DNA from: Ophelia neglecta
Taxonomy: Eukaryota
Assembly (NCBI GenBank): GCA_965285935.1
Contig: OZ260661.1
Location: 136,896,001 to 136,960,000 of the forward strand
DNA: 64,000 nt
Direction of reading: 5' to 3'
The translations under genes and the position numbers were made by a program. Below the pieces are notes generated by a model. The model saw nothing but the letters and a program-made list of their open reading frames with translations, was not told the DNA's origin and ran no database searches. Every line of letters starts with the position of its first letter. Within the stretch, counting starts at the first letter, position 1. This document shows positions 24,706 through 37,490 of this stretch, piece by piece.

Positions 24706-27700
24706 TTATGCCTTATAGAGGGCTTTATACAGAAATACAGCAAAATTTTTCAGGGTGTCTGCATTCGAAGAATTAAGTAAATTAACAAATCCATACATGC
24801 TCGGCCTCGAAAGGAGCTCGTTACGAATAAATTTAACTCTGAACTGTGTGAAGCGGCGACATTCCAAAACACAATGGAACTCGTCGTCTATATGTCTATT
24901 ATCACAATATTCACATAATCGGTCTTCATACCTTACATTTCTCCAGGAACCAGTTTCTACCCCAAGCCGGTGATTACGAGTTCTGAATTTAATTATTCTA
25001 GCTTTATGCAGATTACCCAGGTCTTTACAAAGTAGATACGGAGAAGCCTCTCCAGCATCTGGTACTAAATATTTATATAATCTGCATTTAGAAGAACCAT
25101 CAACTAGTACAAGTAGATCATTTCTGGCCATTATTTGGAATTTTTCACCGGCCATCCTTAAAAACGAATTAATATTTTCAGGCCTCCCTCTAAACCACAC
25201 TTCTTCTAAATCTAGTTGTTTTAACAAGTGATGTACATTTCTAGACCATGTCTTCTCCTTGCCGTCTAGCATTTCTGCATAATACAAAGAGGCACAGAGT
25301 TTGCTATTGCTTGGATCTGTTAAATGACACCAAAATTTCAATATATTAAAGTAGCGTTTATACTTAAGAGGCTCTACCCCTAGTTCTAGATACATCATAC
25401 AGCTTGAAGTCTTTTCCTTGACACAACAAATTCTTTTCAGAAAACGCAAATATACACGTTCAATTTTCGGAGATTTGTGGAATCCCCAAGTTTCACTACA
25501 ATAATTTGCTATTGGCATTACATAAGAATTAAACAATCCAATTTTATCAAGGATACCCAAATTGAATTTATAACTATACCTTAAGATAGTATTGATAGTT
25601 TTCGACATTTTCTTAGCTACATCTTTATCAACTTCTCCCCACGTTCCAGAACTAGAGAACATGACACCAAGTAAGTACTAAGGATAACAAAACCATGCTG
25701 GAGGCCAGCCTCACTATCAGCTAGTAGACAAGCATCATCAGCGTACAACAGAATAAACATACGGAGATAATACACAGACACACCCGTGAGGTGTCGATCT
25801 TTCTGTAATGCACTCTTCAGGTCGTTTATATACATACTAAATAGCCATGGAGACAGGGTTTCGCCTTGCTTCAAACCCAGAAGACATTCTATAGGGTCCG
25901 AAAGAGAACCATCAAGGTTACGCACTCTGCAGCTTACATTACGGTAGAGACCTTGGAGCAACTTAAATAGGTTTCCTGTTATACCATGATTAATAAGTTT
26001 ATACCACAAATTTGCTCTTGGTACATAATCGAATGCCTTCTTATAATCGATAAAACCAACATACAATTTTTTACCCGCATTTACAAATGCATTTATAACA
26101 CAACTTAAATTAAAGACATTATCGTTTGTGGAAAAACCACTGCGAAAGCCAGCTTGCTCTTTGATTAATACATCATAATTATCAGACCATGCATAAAGCC
26201 TAGCATTCAAAAGACGTGTGAAAAGTTTACTAACAGCTGATAGAAGGGTAATGCCACGGTAATTGTTAGGATCTGACTTGGGACCACTTTTATGCACAGG
26301 TGTAACATACCCATCAGTCCAGCAACCAGGAAAATCTCCGTTGTCTAGGATACGATTGAATAGTTTCAGGAGGAGGGGGTGCAGACATTTTATATTAATT
26401 AGAATCTCATTTATTATTTTGTCTGGCCCTGGTGCCTTGCCAGTTTTAAGCTGTTTAACACAAGTTTGAAGTTCCGATTCGGAAAAGGGCTTATCGAGCT
26501 CTTCATAAATACACTCCAAGTCGTAATATTCATTAAGAAAGTCTGTTACATCCTGTTTTATCTCGAAATCAGACATGTCATCAGGAGAGTATACTCCTTT
26601 AAAATGGTCGAACCATTCACTAGAAGTAATGTTAGGGTATTTTTTCTCTCCAACAGATTTCAGCATATTATAGTGTTTTTTTAAGTTATCACGACGTAGT
26701 CTTATTAATTCACTGGTTTGTTGTTCTCTGTACAATTGTTTACATTTTCTACTGTGTTTATAAAATTTGGAGCTTATATCAACCATGGTTTCCTTTATAA
26801 TCGGGGTGCCCAAGCTATGGTATTGGTTCCCCCAATAGTTACATTCAGCACGCAATTCTTTGCATGTAGAACAGTAGTACGAAGGCAGGGGTTTCTTCTT
26901 ATTGCGTTTACAGGTGCATTTCCAGACTGATTTGCCAAGATGTTCGTCTATACAATTCAATAGATTACTGGTAAACAGTTGAGTAGCTTCAGTAATATTT
27001 TGAGGTTCTGTTATACAGGCCTCTAACAATGGGTAATTTTGAGTAACTTTACGTATGCAATCTTCTAACTTATTATCTTGCCACAATATAATTCGAGTTT
27101 TTTCACAACTGTGCACATTCACATCTGTTACTTTGGTTCCAAGGCTTACGTATATGGGACAGTGATCAGACATGCAGTTAAAATTACCTACACTGAAATC
27201 TTCAATATACTGGAATAAATCCTGATCACATATTGTATAATCAATGACGCTACTACCCTTATAATTGAAACTGGTGCATTTTGAACTAGATCCATTAGCA
27301 AACCTACCGTTACAAATTCTAAAATTATGTTCGATACAGAATTCTACTAAACGGATACCCGAGGGACTAACCTTTTTATCATCAGACACTCTGGAAATTA
27401 ACGCTTCATCAACAACATAATCTACCAGGCTATTTAAATGTTCAGAAGAGTCATCTAAAATACAATCGTTAACTCCACCAGTACGGGCATTAAAATCTCC
27501 CAAGAGCAGGTGAAAACAGTTTTCATTACTTAACTTTAAAGAATTCATTACATTATTAAGAGCTTCAAAATCATCACCAGGTGTGTGATCCGGCTGGTTG
27601 TTAAAAGGCGGTATATAGACAGCAGATAATACAATATCTTTTGGTAAATGAAACAAAGATTTGTCAATTTTTAGGCTTACGCCCAGTTTGTGCAGTTTAA

Positions 27701-27992
27701 CAGGTTTCACAAATTTTGCATAACAGTTTCTGAAATAAACTCCAACCCCCCCAGAAGGTCGTTTGGCACTGACTTTGGTTGGTCTATGTGAAAAATAATA
27801 ATCATATCCTGGCAAATCTAAATTATAATAATCAACAGACCATGTTTCAGAAAGACAGATAAAGTCACAATTACCCACAGACTCAAGGAAGTCTGGTTCC
27901 TTCAATTTGTCAAATGTCTTTCCCACTAAGCCTCTAATGTTCCATGCCGCACAGGTAAACGTAGACCTTTCAGCTGGGTGCCGGGTAGAATC
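24706..27992 (-). pseudogene. LINE ORF2 (APE, RT, C-terminal CCHC), disrupted by a deletion/frameshift at ~25670
   Basis: WNIRGL, CLSETW, GDFNAR, VIDY, SDHCPI; NYRGITLL, DYKKAFD, GLKQGETLSP, LYADD; C-terminal RLCEYC..DDEFHCVLEC. Split across track ORFs 25617-27926 and 24706-25662. Confidence 0.92.
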
Positions 27993-29501
27993 TTAGTCAG
28001 ACTTGATGCGTGGGCCTTTACCTTGGGCACGAGAACGGGAGGTCTGGGCAACAGGTTTCTTAGCCGATGGACCCTTGGGTTTGCGTCCTGGGCGTTGAGC
28101 CTTGGAAGTACCAGCTGATGTACTTGGGTCGTCCTTAGCTGCGGTTGTCGAGGTGGCAGGCCCTGGGCCAGGTACCAGACGAGGAGACGACACAGCCTTG
28201 GCGGACCGAAGAATAGACTGTAGATTTGCCACAGGCGTAGCTAAGCCAGGTGTGCGAAACTGTGAGGGGGTTGGCGAAAATATTGGAGGCCTAGAAATTC
28301 CCGGAGGGGTGACACCAGACGTGGTCGGCGCGTTGCTTTCCACTCTATCCTCGGGTGAAGCCGGGCGGGACATAGAATTAATGGAAGAAATGCCGGCGCT
28401 GATTACTCTACCCATGGACTCGCGGAGCGACGGAAGTTCTGACGGCCCCATGTTATCCTTAACCAGCTCGGCACTAGCCTCGTCATCTGTAGTTGTATCC
28501 TCTCCAGAGTCATTTTTTTTTTCTTCCAAGGCTCTCGATCCGCCGGTCATATCCACGGCCGCCTGCTGGCTTTGACGACCAACAGGCGATGAGGCCGGAG
28601 CGGGTTGATTTTCAGCAACGATACTAGTCGCGGCAGTCATTGGCGGCCGGCCTGCACGGAACTGCTGTATAACTTCAGTAGGCACAACATCAGTTGGTGG
28701 ATGATAGAAAGGGCAGCGCCGTTGTCTCCAGCTAGGGAAACAGTCAAACCGAACAAAATTGCCAGAAATCAGCTTGGCTGGGAAAACAATATTCGAGTTT
28801 ATCTTCTGCAACTTCAAGTTTTCCTGTAGTGGGCGCAAGGTGTTCCTAGCGGCTCTAATCTCCGGCGGCATGTCTCGGGAGATACGGCGGTCCTTCTCAA
28901 CCATTCTGGCTTTTGCGTATATCTCGGCAATGACACGTGAGTTCGGAAGCCGGGCTATACAAGGCACTGAGTTGTTCCCACGTGCTCTACCAAGGCCGTG
29001 GACATCGCCGAATTCTATAGCCATGACATATTCCTCGGTAAAACCGATATCCCTCACCAGGTAATCCCTCAGTAGTTGCAGAGCCTTATTGTTATCGGTA
29101 CCGCACCTAACCTCGTGGAAAATCAAGTTATACCGCCGGGAGCGGGATTCGGCCTCTAAATCACTGTAGTCATGCTGCTGATTCAAACTCGCCTGTGTAT
29201 GCATGGCTGTTTCAAGGGTACGAACTTTTGACAAAGACTCCAGTGACGCCTGACTTGCGGTCTGCTCAAGCTTATGAATGCGGCTATTCAGGTCCGACTG
29301 TACACTGGTCACCTTGGTCTCCAACTTCTTTTCAAGGTCCTTTCCCAACTCTTTTATCAAGGCCTTGTAGTAATCAAAATTTTCCAATTTATCGGGTGTA
29401 GGTTTGTCGTCCCAAATTTTCTGTCGAGCAACATCATCCCCCGAAATAGGGCTGTCTCCTGCCCCCCTTTTTCGAGATGTACCTCCTGTAGGTGCTGCCA
29501 T
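27993..29501 (-). CDS. LINE ORF1 (502 aa from ATG 29501): coiled coil, L1-ORF1-like RRM/CTD and a long Ser/Pro/Ala/Thr-rich tail
   Basis: Intact frame with ESRSRRYNLIFHEV..VHGLG..PCIARL..ISRDMPPEIRAARNTL..FPAKLI. Confidence 0.88.
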   Translation of the reverse strand: MAAPTGGTSRKRGAGDSPISGDDVARQKIWDDKPTPDKLENFDYYKALIKELGKDLEKKLETKVTSVQSDLNSRIHKLEQTASQASLESLSKVRTLETAMHTQASLNQQHDYSDLEAESRSRRYNLIFHEVRCGTDNNKALQLLRDYLVRDIGFTEEYVMAIEFGDVHGLGRARGNNSVPCIARLPNSRVIAEIYAKARMVEKDRRISRDMPPEIRAARNTLRPLQENLKLQKINSNIVFPAKLISGNFVRFDCFPSWRQRRCPFYHPPTDVVPTEVIQQFRAGRPPMTAATSIVAENQPAPASSPVGRQSQQAAVDMTGGSRALEEKKNDSGEDTTTDDEASAELVKDNMGPSELPSLRESMGRVISAGISSINSMSRPASPEDRVESNAPTTSGVTPPGISRPPIFSPTPSQFRTPGLATPVANLQSILRSAKAVSSPRLVPGPGPATSTTAAKDDPSTSAGTSKAQRPGRKPKGPSAKKPVAQTSRSRAQGKGPRIKSD

Positions 29502-32500
29502 AATCAGAGGAAAATGTGGGAGCTCCAATTTGTGTCCTGTCCGCTAGAAAGTCACGTGATATATATGTATATATATATATATGAGACTGTGGCCCGAATG
29601 GTGCGTATAAACGCCAAAATTATTTATAAAATTAACATTGGCCTGAACTGACTCATCGGCCAAAACATATCAAGGGAATGTCAGAGTGAAAGGCTTTGGC
29701 GTGGAACTTGCAGGCAATCCCATATTATTCAATAAGGATGCGTCTCAGACTTATGTTAGTGACCCAGATTGGTGTAAAAATAAGACAATTTGAGGATAGC
29801 ATGACATTTTATGGATGATGTATTGGAGTAATGAAGAATTTTTAGTTTGGAGCTCAGAAAAAATTGCCTATTGCTATGGTTAACAGTGAAACAGCCCTTA
29901 AATGGTATTAAGAAAAAGGTCAGCATAAATAAAAATGTATATCACAGATTTAATCAAAGAATATAAAAGCAATGTACAACGGGTTGTCTAAGGTACACAC
30001 GTAAAGATGGCTATCTTTTGCCTCGTGGTTACCAGGGGAACCAGTTAATCAAGCACTCCCCTTAATTTGGTGGAAAGTGAATAAATTATTAGTTTGAAAA
30101 CAAAGGCACGGGAATATAATATTTCATATGCATAAAAATGCTAAAAATAGCGCAGGGCCAGACCTTTCCAATGATATATCACCCTTGAGGACAGAATTGA
30201 ATGTGACTGTGGTAACTAGGCGATAACCAGGCATGCCTAACTCCCTTTCATGACAGTTCAGCTGCAGTTGCTATTATCAAGTTGAATAATCAATGAAATA
30301 GTGACCAAATTGTGCACTTTGGGTCAATATCATGGAATTTGTCATACATGTTCAGGCGGGCCAATAAAAGGACCATTTTAAGATAGATAAACAAGCAGAA
30401 AAAAGCCTAGCTTACTATGGTTACAGGCCCGACACCTTGCCTTACTATGGCACCCATCACCGATTAATCTGCAGGAAGGGAAACGTGTGGCCTATTTTCC
30501 ACATCTATATTGAAACCTGAAAATCTAGAAGACCTTTAAAATTAGTTTAAGAAATATAGAAGGTGCTGAATGGACATGGTTGGGAAATTGTCATAGTAAC
30601 AGGTATTTAATTATGTCTCGGCAGGGAGAAAAACAACATTTCATATCTTATTATTTGAAGAGATGTATCGCCTAACATGTCAAGTTCTGGCTGCTATCTC
30701 GCATAGTCGTCATAAATTGACAATCTTTTCAACAACATTTTTGAAACCAACGGTGTTTCTTTTTCTATATGATTCGGCGGGGCTCCTCTATCTCTGCACG
30801 GAGCGCGGAGTGTTACTTGAGTCAGTATAGGGTTCATCTTTTGTTCTCTAGCAGCGAAACGCCACACAAGGCAGTGTTGAATACAGGGAGCTATGCCAAC
30901 GATATATCGAACAATTCGGTACCATCGAAGGCGGACAAAATACATATCACTCGGCATTGCTACACTGCCTGTTTTGAAATCAAGCAATGTAAAGCAAGTT
31001 AAAGAGGTAGCTTTCTGACATATGCAATACCTTATTACCGTTTCCAATGTTCTATCAAGTCCTGCGTTTTCAGCCGACGCTATTTATAGAACTTCTTTAA
31101 ATATAATTTCTCAAGTGTATCATTTTATAGTATTGATGGATTTAGATCTTGGTAAAACAGAACAACCAGACAACGCCGGAAATAGCGATTGTTATTTTGT
31201 CCAGTTGGCGGTTACAGTTATTAAAAAGGGGAAAATGGAAAATATTATGTCAAAGCCCCGTTCAAGGCGACTCAGACTCCAAGGATAACAGGAACATGAC
31301 CGCATTTGCCTTCAGCCGATCAAAATTAAATAAAGAGAAAGTTAGATCAAGACCTTAGAAGAATAAAAACACAGGTTAATATATTACACGATAAATAAAA
31401 CTATAATGGTTTAACATATAAACAATGTGTATATAAACAAAATTGATATAGTCGAATACAGACTCGACAGATATACCAACAAATCATGCACCATGATTAA
31501 CGACGATTAGACCCCAAATCAGGTATGTACCCTCTTAATATATCAAATTAACCTATTTCAAGCGATTTGCAGGTGTGAAGTGAAACCTTGGCGAAAAATT
31601 ATAATAACGTACAGTTCTTTTTTTTTTTTTTTTTTGAAGTGAGAACAAATAGTTTTCTTAAAAGTAGAACCAGACGAACCCAAGTGTTTAAAGTAATGAG
31701 TACATGGGAAAATAACCAGAAAGGTTTTACACAGAACACTTACTTAGTTTAAATCCCTATATTTTACCAGCACTACATGGCAAGTAAAAGGCTATGATGC
31801 GGTCCGTAAACGAACCAACGAAAATAGAAGTAGTTGAACTAAAATAGACCATAAAACGCGGTTCTTCTCCCTGATCGGAGTTCGTTTTGCGTATAAATTC
31901 CTGTGATTTTTCCCGATTTTTTAGGGTCCCACAATGCCCCTTAATTGCAATTGTAATTTTGCGATGGTTGCGCAATTTGCGGAAAAATCTGTGTTGTATA
32001 TGTGATAGTCGGTATGCTAAAATAATGTTAAAATCAGTCAGCTACTCGTTGAATGGTAGCAATTGAATTTATATATTATTTATATTTGGTCATGTGATGG
32101 CCATGAATACAAGGCAAACATCACCAATTTAGGATACAATCGGGCACAATCCATACTCTAATAGTAGTAACTCGGCCATGCGCTCTTTGTGACTTTGTTA
32201 ATTCTTTTATTATCCTAACTTTTGTTGATTAGAATTTGATTTGGAATCAATAGTTCATAATTGGTGGCAATGGCATTTTTAAATTTTGAGTTGGCATCTT
32301 GCTTTCAGAAGGCGTAGGAACTGTATGGTATGTGATGGTATGTAGTGGTATGGTATGATATGGTCACATGGTAATATGTAGAGGTGCAACAAAGTCATAT
32401 TATTCAAGATACAGGTCTAACTAAGCTTACATGTCACTTTACAAGATTAAAGACAAGTCTTATGGCCAGACACACCACTACTATCATTTGCCTACTCAGA

Positions 32501-35500
32501 CCAATCCAACACCCACTCATGTACTGTCCACTATTAACAACCTACAATGGCACTCACTTACACTACAAAAGGAACGGCGACGAATTTTTATACACGATGT
32601 TTCTTCATTGCATAAAAGAAGAATTTAGACCTTAAGCCAAGATATTTATGACTGTTTCTTTTCGGCTATGCAAATTTGTTCATGAAATGATTTGGCTTAA
32701 TGATTAGAAACTTATATCCGAAAGACAACATTATTGTTACATGTATATAACTCGAGGCTTCAACAATCAAATCGCAATTATTGCTCTCGTTGACCTGGAT
32801 AATTAGGTTTTTTTTACTTCTGGCGAAATGCTCTATTGTTATTCGGGTTCATGTACGCCACGGGCCAAGCTTACTTTTAATGCAGGTAAAACACATTATA
32901 TGATATTTTCAGCCAGCAAAAAATAACGGTTTTCCAAAATAACCTTTTTTTCATCGACACTTAATTGAAATAATTGAGTCAAATAAGTTTCTTGGCGTAT
33001 TTGTAGGCTCCTCACTGACCTTGAAGCAACATACATATTAAATTAGTGTTAAGTTACTCGAGGCATGTGTATATTCAACAAAGCGAGAAAGCTTTTTGAT
33101 AATTAAACTATTTATGTCTGTATATTATTCTTTTATCTATCCCTATATATTTACACTAGTTTGACATAATACCATTCCATTAAAATACATAGTGTCTCCG
33201 GGGTTTAATCCACGGTCATGTACCGTTTTGTGTCTCTTCATTGTTTAGATTCAATGTTTATTTTCGTAACAAAATAACAAAATGAGCAAGAAGATGCATG
33301 TTACGAGTCTTATTAATACTGTTAAAAAAACACTGTATTACATACAAGGCCACCCTATCATTTTACAAATTTACTCATCAATAATTGATAATGTTCTATT
33401 TATGAGTTTAAGGTATCTGTCGAATTGGTTCCACACACCTCTGAACAATTTTCATTTGGGCGTGGCGTTGCAGGAGGTTGAAGTGACGTCATGTTTATCC
33501 AATGGATGGACAAAGGCATCGCATTGTGGCCACCTGGGCATGCGGGTTTCAGTGGTTCTTCGGTTGGCCGCATATGTGTATTTTTTTTCTTTTTTCCCCT
33601 CTTTATGAATCAAGTAGCCATGATATTACAGTTTTGGGTTGCGGGAGACGGTATTGGTTGTCACAGTTTATATGGCCAGGAGGCCAAATAAAAGTCCACA
33701 GGGTTACCAGACATGCAAATAATTCCGGCCCATAGAATAACCAGGGAGCCAAACACCAACGCAGGGAAATATCATGGAGCCTAGCACTAGTTCAGAGAGA
33801 AACAATAGCCCTGGGTGATACAATAGATCATAATTTCAGTCCTAAGAGATATCGGGAAGCCAAATAATAGTCTAGAGAGACACCGGGGATTCAAATGACT
33901 ATTATACTCCACAACTGAAGATTACTTCTAGAAACCGGGTTTTATGTCTTTTGACATGAATCTGGTTGTTCTCAGTGATTTCGGAACGGTTAAGTGGCCT
34001 AATAGATTAAAAGTTTTCCTTTGTCGGCCGGTATCCTATCCCCATTTGCAGTATTGGAATCAAGAACGCAAATTGTTTTAACCAGTCCATGCTTTTCATT
34101 TTAAAATTATTATCCTAGAAGGTATATTCGACAACGGCAAACGTTTTACAATTATGCGTTTGAAGATTTTTTCCTTTTAGGCTTCGAAGTATATCGCCTT
34201 GGATCCAACAATAATAAATCAAGTTACTTAATGGTAGGGTTAATAAGGATAAAACCCTTCAAAACAGCAGACGTTACAGATGGAATTTTGATTTAAATAT
34301 TGCTTCGACATATTCATGGCGATATATAACAAACCACATTGGATGGCGCCAAAAGTCTCGGCAATATAAAACAAAAAGGTGTAAAAATAGTTCAGTCAGA
34401 TAGAATGTTAATGAACTATAGTGAATATTGATTTATAAGTAGTGTATCAGAAGATGACCCCCCCCCCCTCCCCTGAGTTGGAAATCCTGGACAAAGCGTG
34501 AGTACCCAAAGGCACATTGTTGTTCTAGTATCTGAATACCATGAGCTCTTAAGGCTTTAGGAAAGATAGCACTAAAAACACCAAAATGCATACTGTTTCC
34601 AAGAGCAGATGTTATGATATAGGACCTAGCATGAAAAGCATGTGAAGGCTACGGTGTTTCACATAAAATCTTTGATTTGTATGAACAAAGAAAACAACAA
34701 AGATTAATGGGTCCACTATATTCTGGACTGCGAAGTGCAAAACATCGATGCGTAATATATGACATCTAACGTTCTCAGTAAACTTATAATGAACATTAGA
34801 CAAGTCATCCTATTCAGGGTCCTGTTTAGTAAATTTAGGTTTTAAAGGTAGGCTTGGTCAAACCAAAATTAACAAGACCTCCTGCTTAAAATTAACTCCT
34901 TTAATGTTAAAAAGAGAATAGATCCTTTAATAGAGGGCATCGGAGGCTTAGGTGGTTATAGCCATGCAACATAATACCGCCCAACGTCTTGCGCTGTTGC
35001 TTGTATCATCGCAACCTGTCATCTTACCATTTACATCATTTATTCATGTCAGTTACTCTTGGGCTTCTGTTTTTTTTGCATATAATTCATTAGCACTCTT
35101 TTTCTGTGTGTATAAGCCTGGCTGACTATCTATAAATAACCAATTTAGCTGGTTTGGACTTAAAACGAAGATTGCCATTAATGATATCGATGACTTCACT
35201 AATCGAGAAAAATAACCTGGGATTCCGACAGGATTAATAGCTTAATGAGGCAGGGTCTTCCTTATTTAGTCAATGTTCACTATTTTTCTCTGAATACAAT
35301 TTTGTTATTCCGTTGTGTAAAAGACACATGTCACAGTACATTGGGCTCAGAGTCTCAACTAAATGTACTGTCCTACAAAGCAACCATTTTACTGTTCATT
35401 CGAACAGTATTAGTTCGTTCTGCGCATTTCGAGTCAGATTTCTCTGTGCACTCGACTCTGTATACAATTTATTGGGCAAATATGTGTGATATGAGCGAAA

Positions 35501-35830
35501 AGCCAAAATACCTTCATACAAGGACAGCGCTTTGAGACAAAGGTGGTTTCGACGACTTTTTCCCAGCAAATGTTCCCAACTTTTGTGGCTTAGGTTTTGT
35601 TTATCCCCTTGCTTTGTTGTAAGGGTCATTTTATAAGGGGCATATTGTCACTGTTTCAAGACCATTAAAAGAATAGTGTAATAACTTGACCTATTTCATT
35701 GTACCCATCCGTTGATTTCTAGCTTCGTGTGCCTGCTTTAAGCCTACTTACGGATTTCGGTTTTATGCGTCCCTATCGTACATTCGGCTCGTATTCACCT
35801 CCAGCTATTCTGTCTGAGCAATTTAAAGGC

Positions 35831-36130
35831 TGTTGTTGTTTGGGGTTTTATGTGGTTTTCAACTCTTATATGGTCACATAGCAACGGTGCCTACTTGTGA
35901 CAGTGGGACTAATGCCCTCTTTATAGTGCTTCCTCACTTGAGTACCTGCCGTAGACATCAGACAGGGAACCCCACCCGGTCACATTATACTGACATCGAG
36001 TTGAGCAGTCCCGACACTACCCAAGAAATACCGGGCGCCTGGCAGGGGAGCTATTAGTACCTTTTTTTACGTCTTCGGTTTGATGCGATCGGGATTCGAA
36101 CCGCGGACACCCTACCCACTTCTCCACGCT
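35831..36130 (-). mobile_element. tRNA-derived SINE with a Meta(MESC)-like central domain
   Basis: Pol III B box GGTTCGAATCCC on - (36091-36102), central GTCAGTATAATGTGACCGGGTGG (35972-35994) and a (CAA)n tail. The A box is not recognisable. Confidence 0.75.
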
Positions 36131-36624
36131 TTGGAAGAGGGTTGGAAGGAAGCGCGGGATGTATGAATAGTTTATTCTGTTGTTTTATTAATGCGGGATT
36201 TAAACTTTTCATGACTCGGGGTTTGATTTGCTCACGTATTACTCAATTTAAAGGACCATTTGGCTTTAAATGATTTGCTTTGTGCGCTGAGTGTCCACTC
36301 TCCTTTGTTTCATCAGACTGTCTATCCAAAGCACTGGTACCATGAATATTATTTATTTGAAAGGGTCCTCTGACCTCCCTACATCAATATGATAATCGCC
36401 TTGACAGAGAAGGTAGGGGTTGGGAATAGACACAATAACATTTGGAAATGCCTTTCTTTATTGTTTCGCTGTGGAATGGAAATTTGGTACATTTTATTCA
36501 CAGTAATATAACAGTCATTTTCTGTTTTCCAAAGAAATACATCGTTTGTCAACCAAATGGGAATGGAGTGCATGTTTCAAACCTTTAATCACTAGTATTA
36601 AGGAGAAAGGGGGTTCATAAACTA

Positions 36625-36801
36625 CAGTAAAACCTGGCCTAAAGGACACCTGACAATTAGGGACACACTGACTAATAAGGACATTGTTTTTAGTACAGTT
36701 GTAATGCTTTACATGCAAAGTAACCTGTGAAATAAGGACAACTGAGAAAAGAGGACAGATTTCCCAGTCCCTTGGCTGTCCCTTATTGTCAGGTTTCACT
36801 G
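36625..36801. mobile_element. Tc1/mariner (pogo-like) MITE
   Basis: TIRs CAGTAAAACCTG / CAGGTTTCACTG, flanked by TA on both sides (36623-36624, 36802-36803); internal AAGGACA subrepeats. Confidence 0.85.
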
Positions 36802-36871
36802 TATATGTGAGTTTTGAGTTGTATACTATTCTATACAACCTCTGTAGACCTGCTTGGCAATAAATGCAATA

Positions 36872-37490
36872 CAATTCTCAAAGAGGGTGCTTTGACACTA
36901 GCCAAACCACTGCGTTTGTTTTAATATTTCCCTTGAGGCATCTGTATATCCAAAGATAAGAAAAAATGGCCAATGTCGCCTGCACTAACAAGGAAAATAA
37001 CAAGACTATTTGAAGTAACTGTCGTTCCTTTTCCATCCTGCCATTTGTCTCCGAGGGTTATGGGCGAATTATTTGTTATCACATATGTCCTTTCTTGAAA
37101 CACGACCATCTACCCGCGGCAGTCAGGATTCATTCAAAGAGATTTAACCAATTGGCAAAAATGTTTACTCTGTTTTTAAAGGGGCCGATATGTCATAGCT
37201 GTAGTTCTAGAATTATCTAAAGCCTTTGAGAAAGAATGGCATGAAACACTGGTTCATACACTTGAGTGTTTTTACTTGTGGTGGTGAACTAGAATCTTAC
37301 TTCTTAATTATGGGGTGCATCCCAGAGTAACAATCCTAGGGGGGTTGTCCAGCTGGATAAGGAGTCCGGCGGGGGCGCGCCATGGCTCATGAGCCTGTTC
37401 ATGTTTTACTTATCTATGCAAGTTATGACGAGCCTAGTGGTCAAAGACAATTGCTTGTTGGCCGGTGATACATCACTCTTTATGTCAAGT
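36872..37490 (+). pseudogene. Old CR1 RT fragment homologous to ~8957-9600
   Basis: ILKEGALTLAKPL, QSGFIQRD, VLELSKAFEKEWH, RVTILGG..PAGARHGS and LLAGDTSLF are colinear with the intact ORF2. Confidence 0.75.

Larger units (their letters stand above)
24514..29584 (-). mobile_element. Near full-length RTEX-like non-LTR retrotransposon (LINE)
   Basis: Short 5' UTR starting near TCACGTGAC (29559), ORF1, ORF2, 3' stem-loop (24551-24582), AATAAA, (ATTTGTC)4 tail (24520-24547), and a candidate TSD ATATATGA (24514-24521 / 29577-29584). Clade inferred from the QGxxLSPxLF, LLYADD and HRLGVETG..CxxC..DEFH..C motifs. Confidence 0.9.

Noticed and set aside
28102-29651. Plus-strand ORFs antisense to the RTEX-like ORF1
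   Set aside because: Expected shadow frames of a GC-rich coding sequence; no recognisable domains.
33500-33590. HCGHLGM integrase zinc-finger-like word (also MPEHILQDNG near 22750)
   Set aside because: Isolated short motifs with no colinear support.
36091-36102. tRNA gene
   Set aside because: Only a B box in a SINE head; no cloverleaf.
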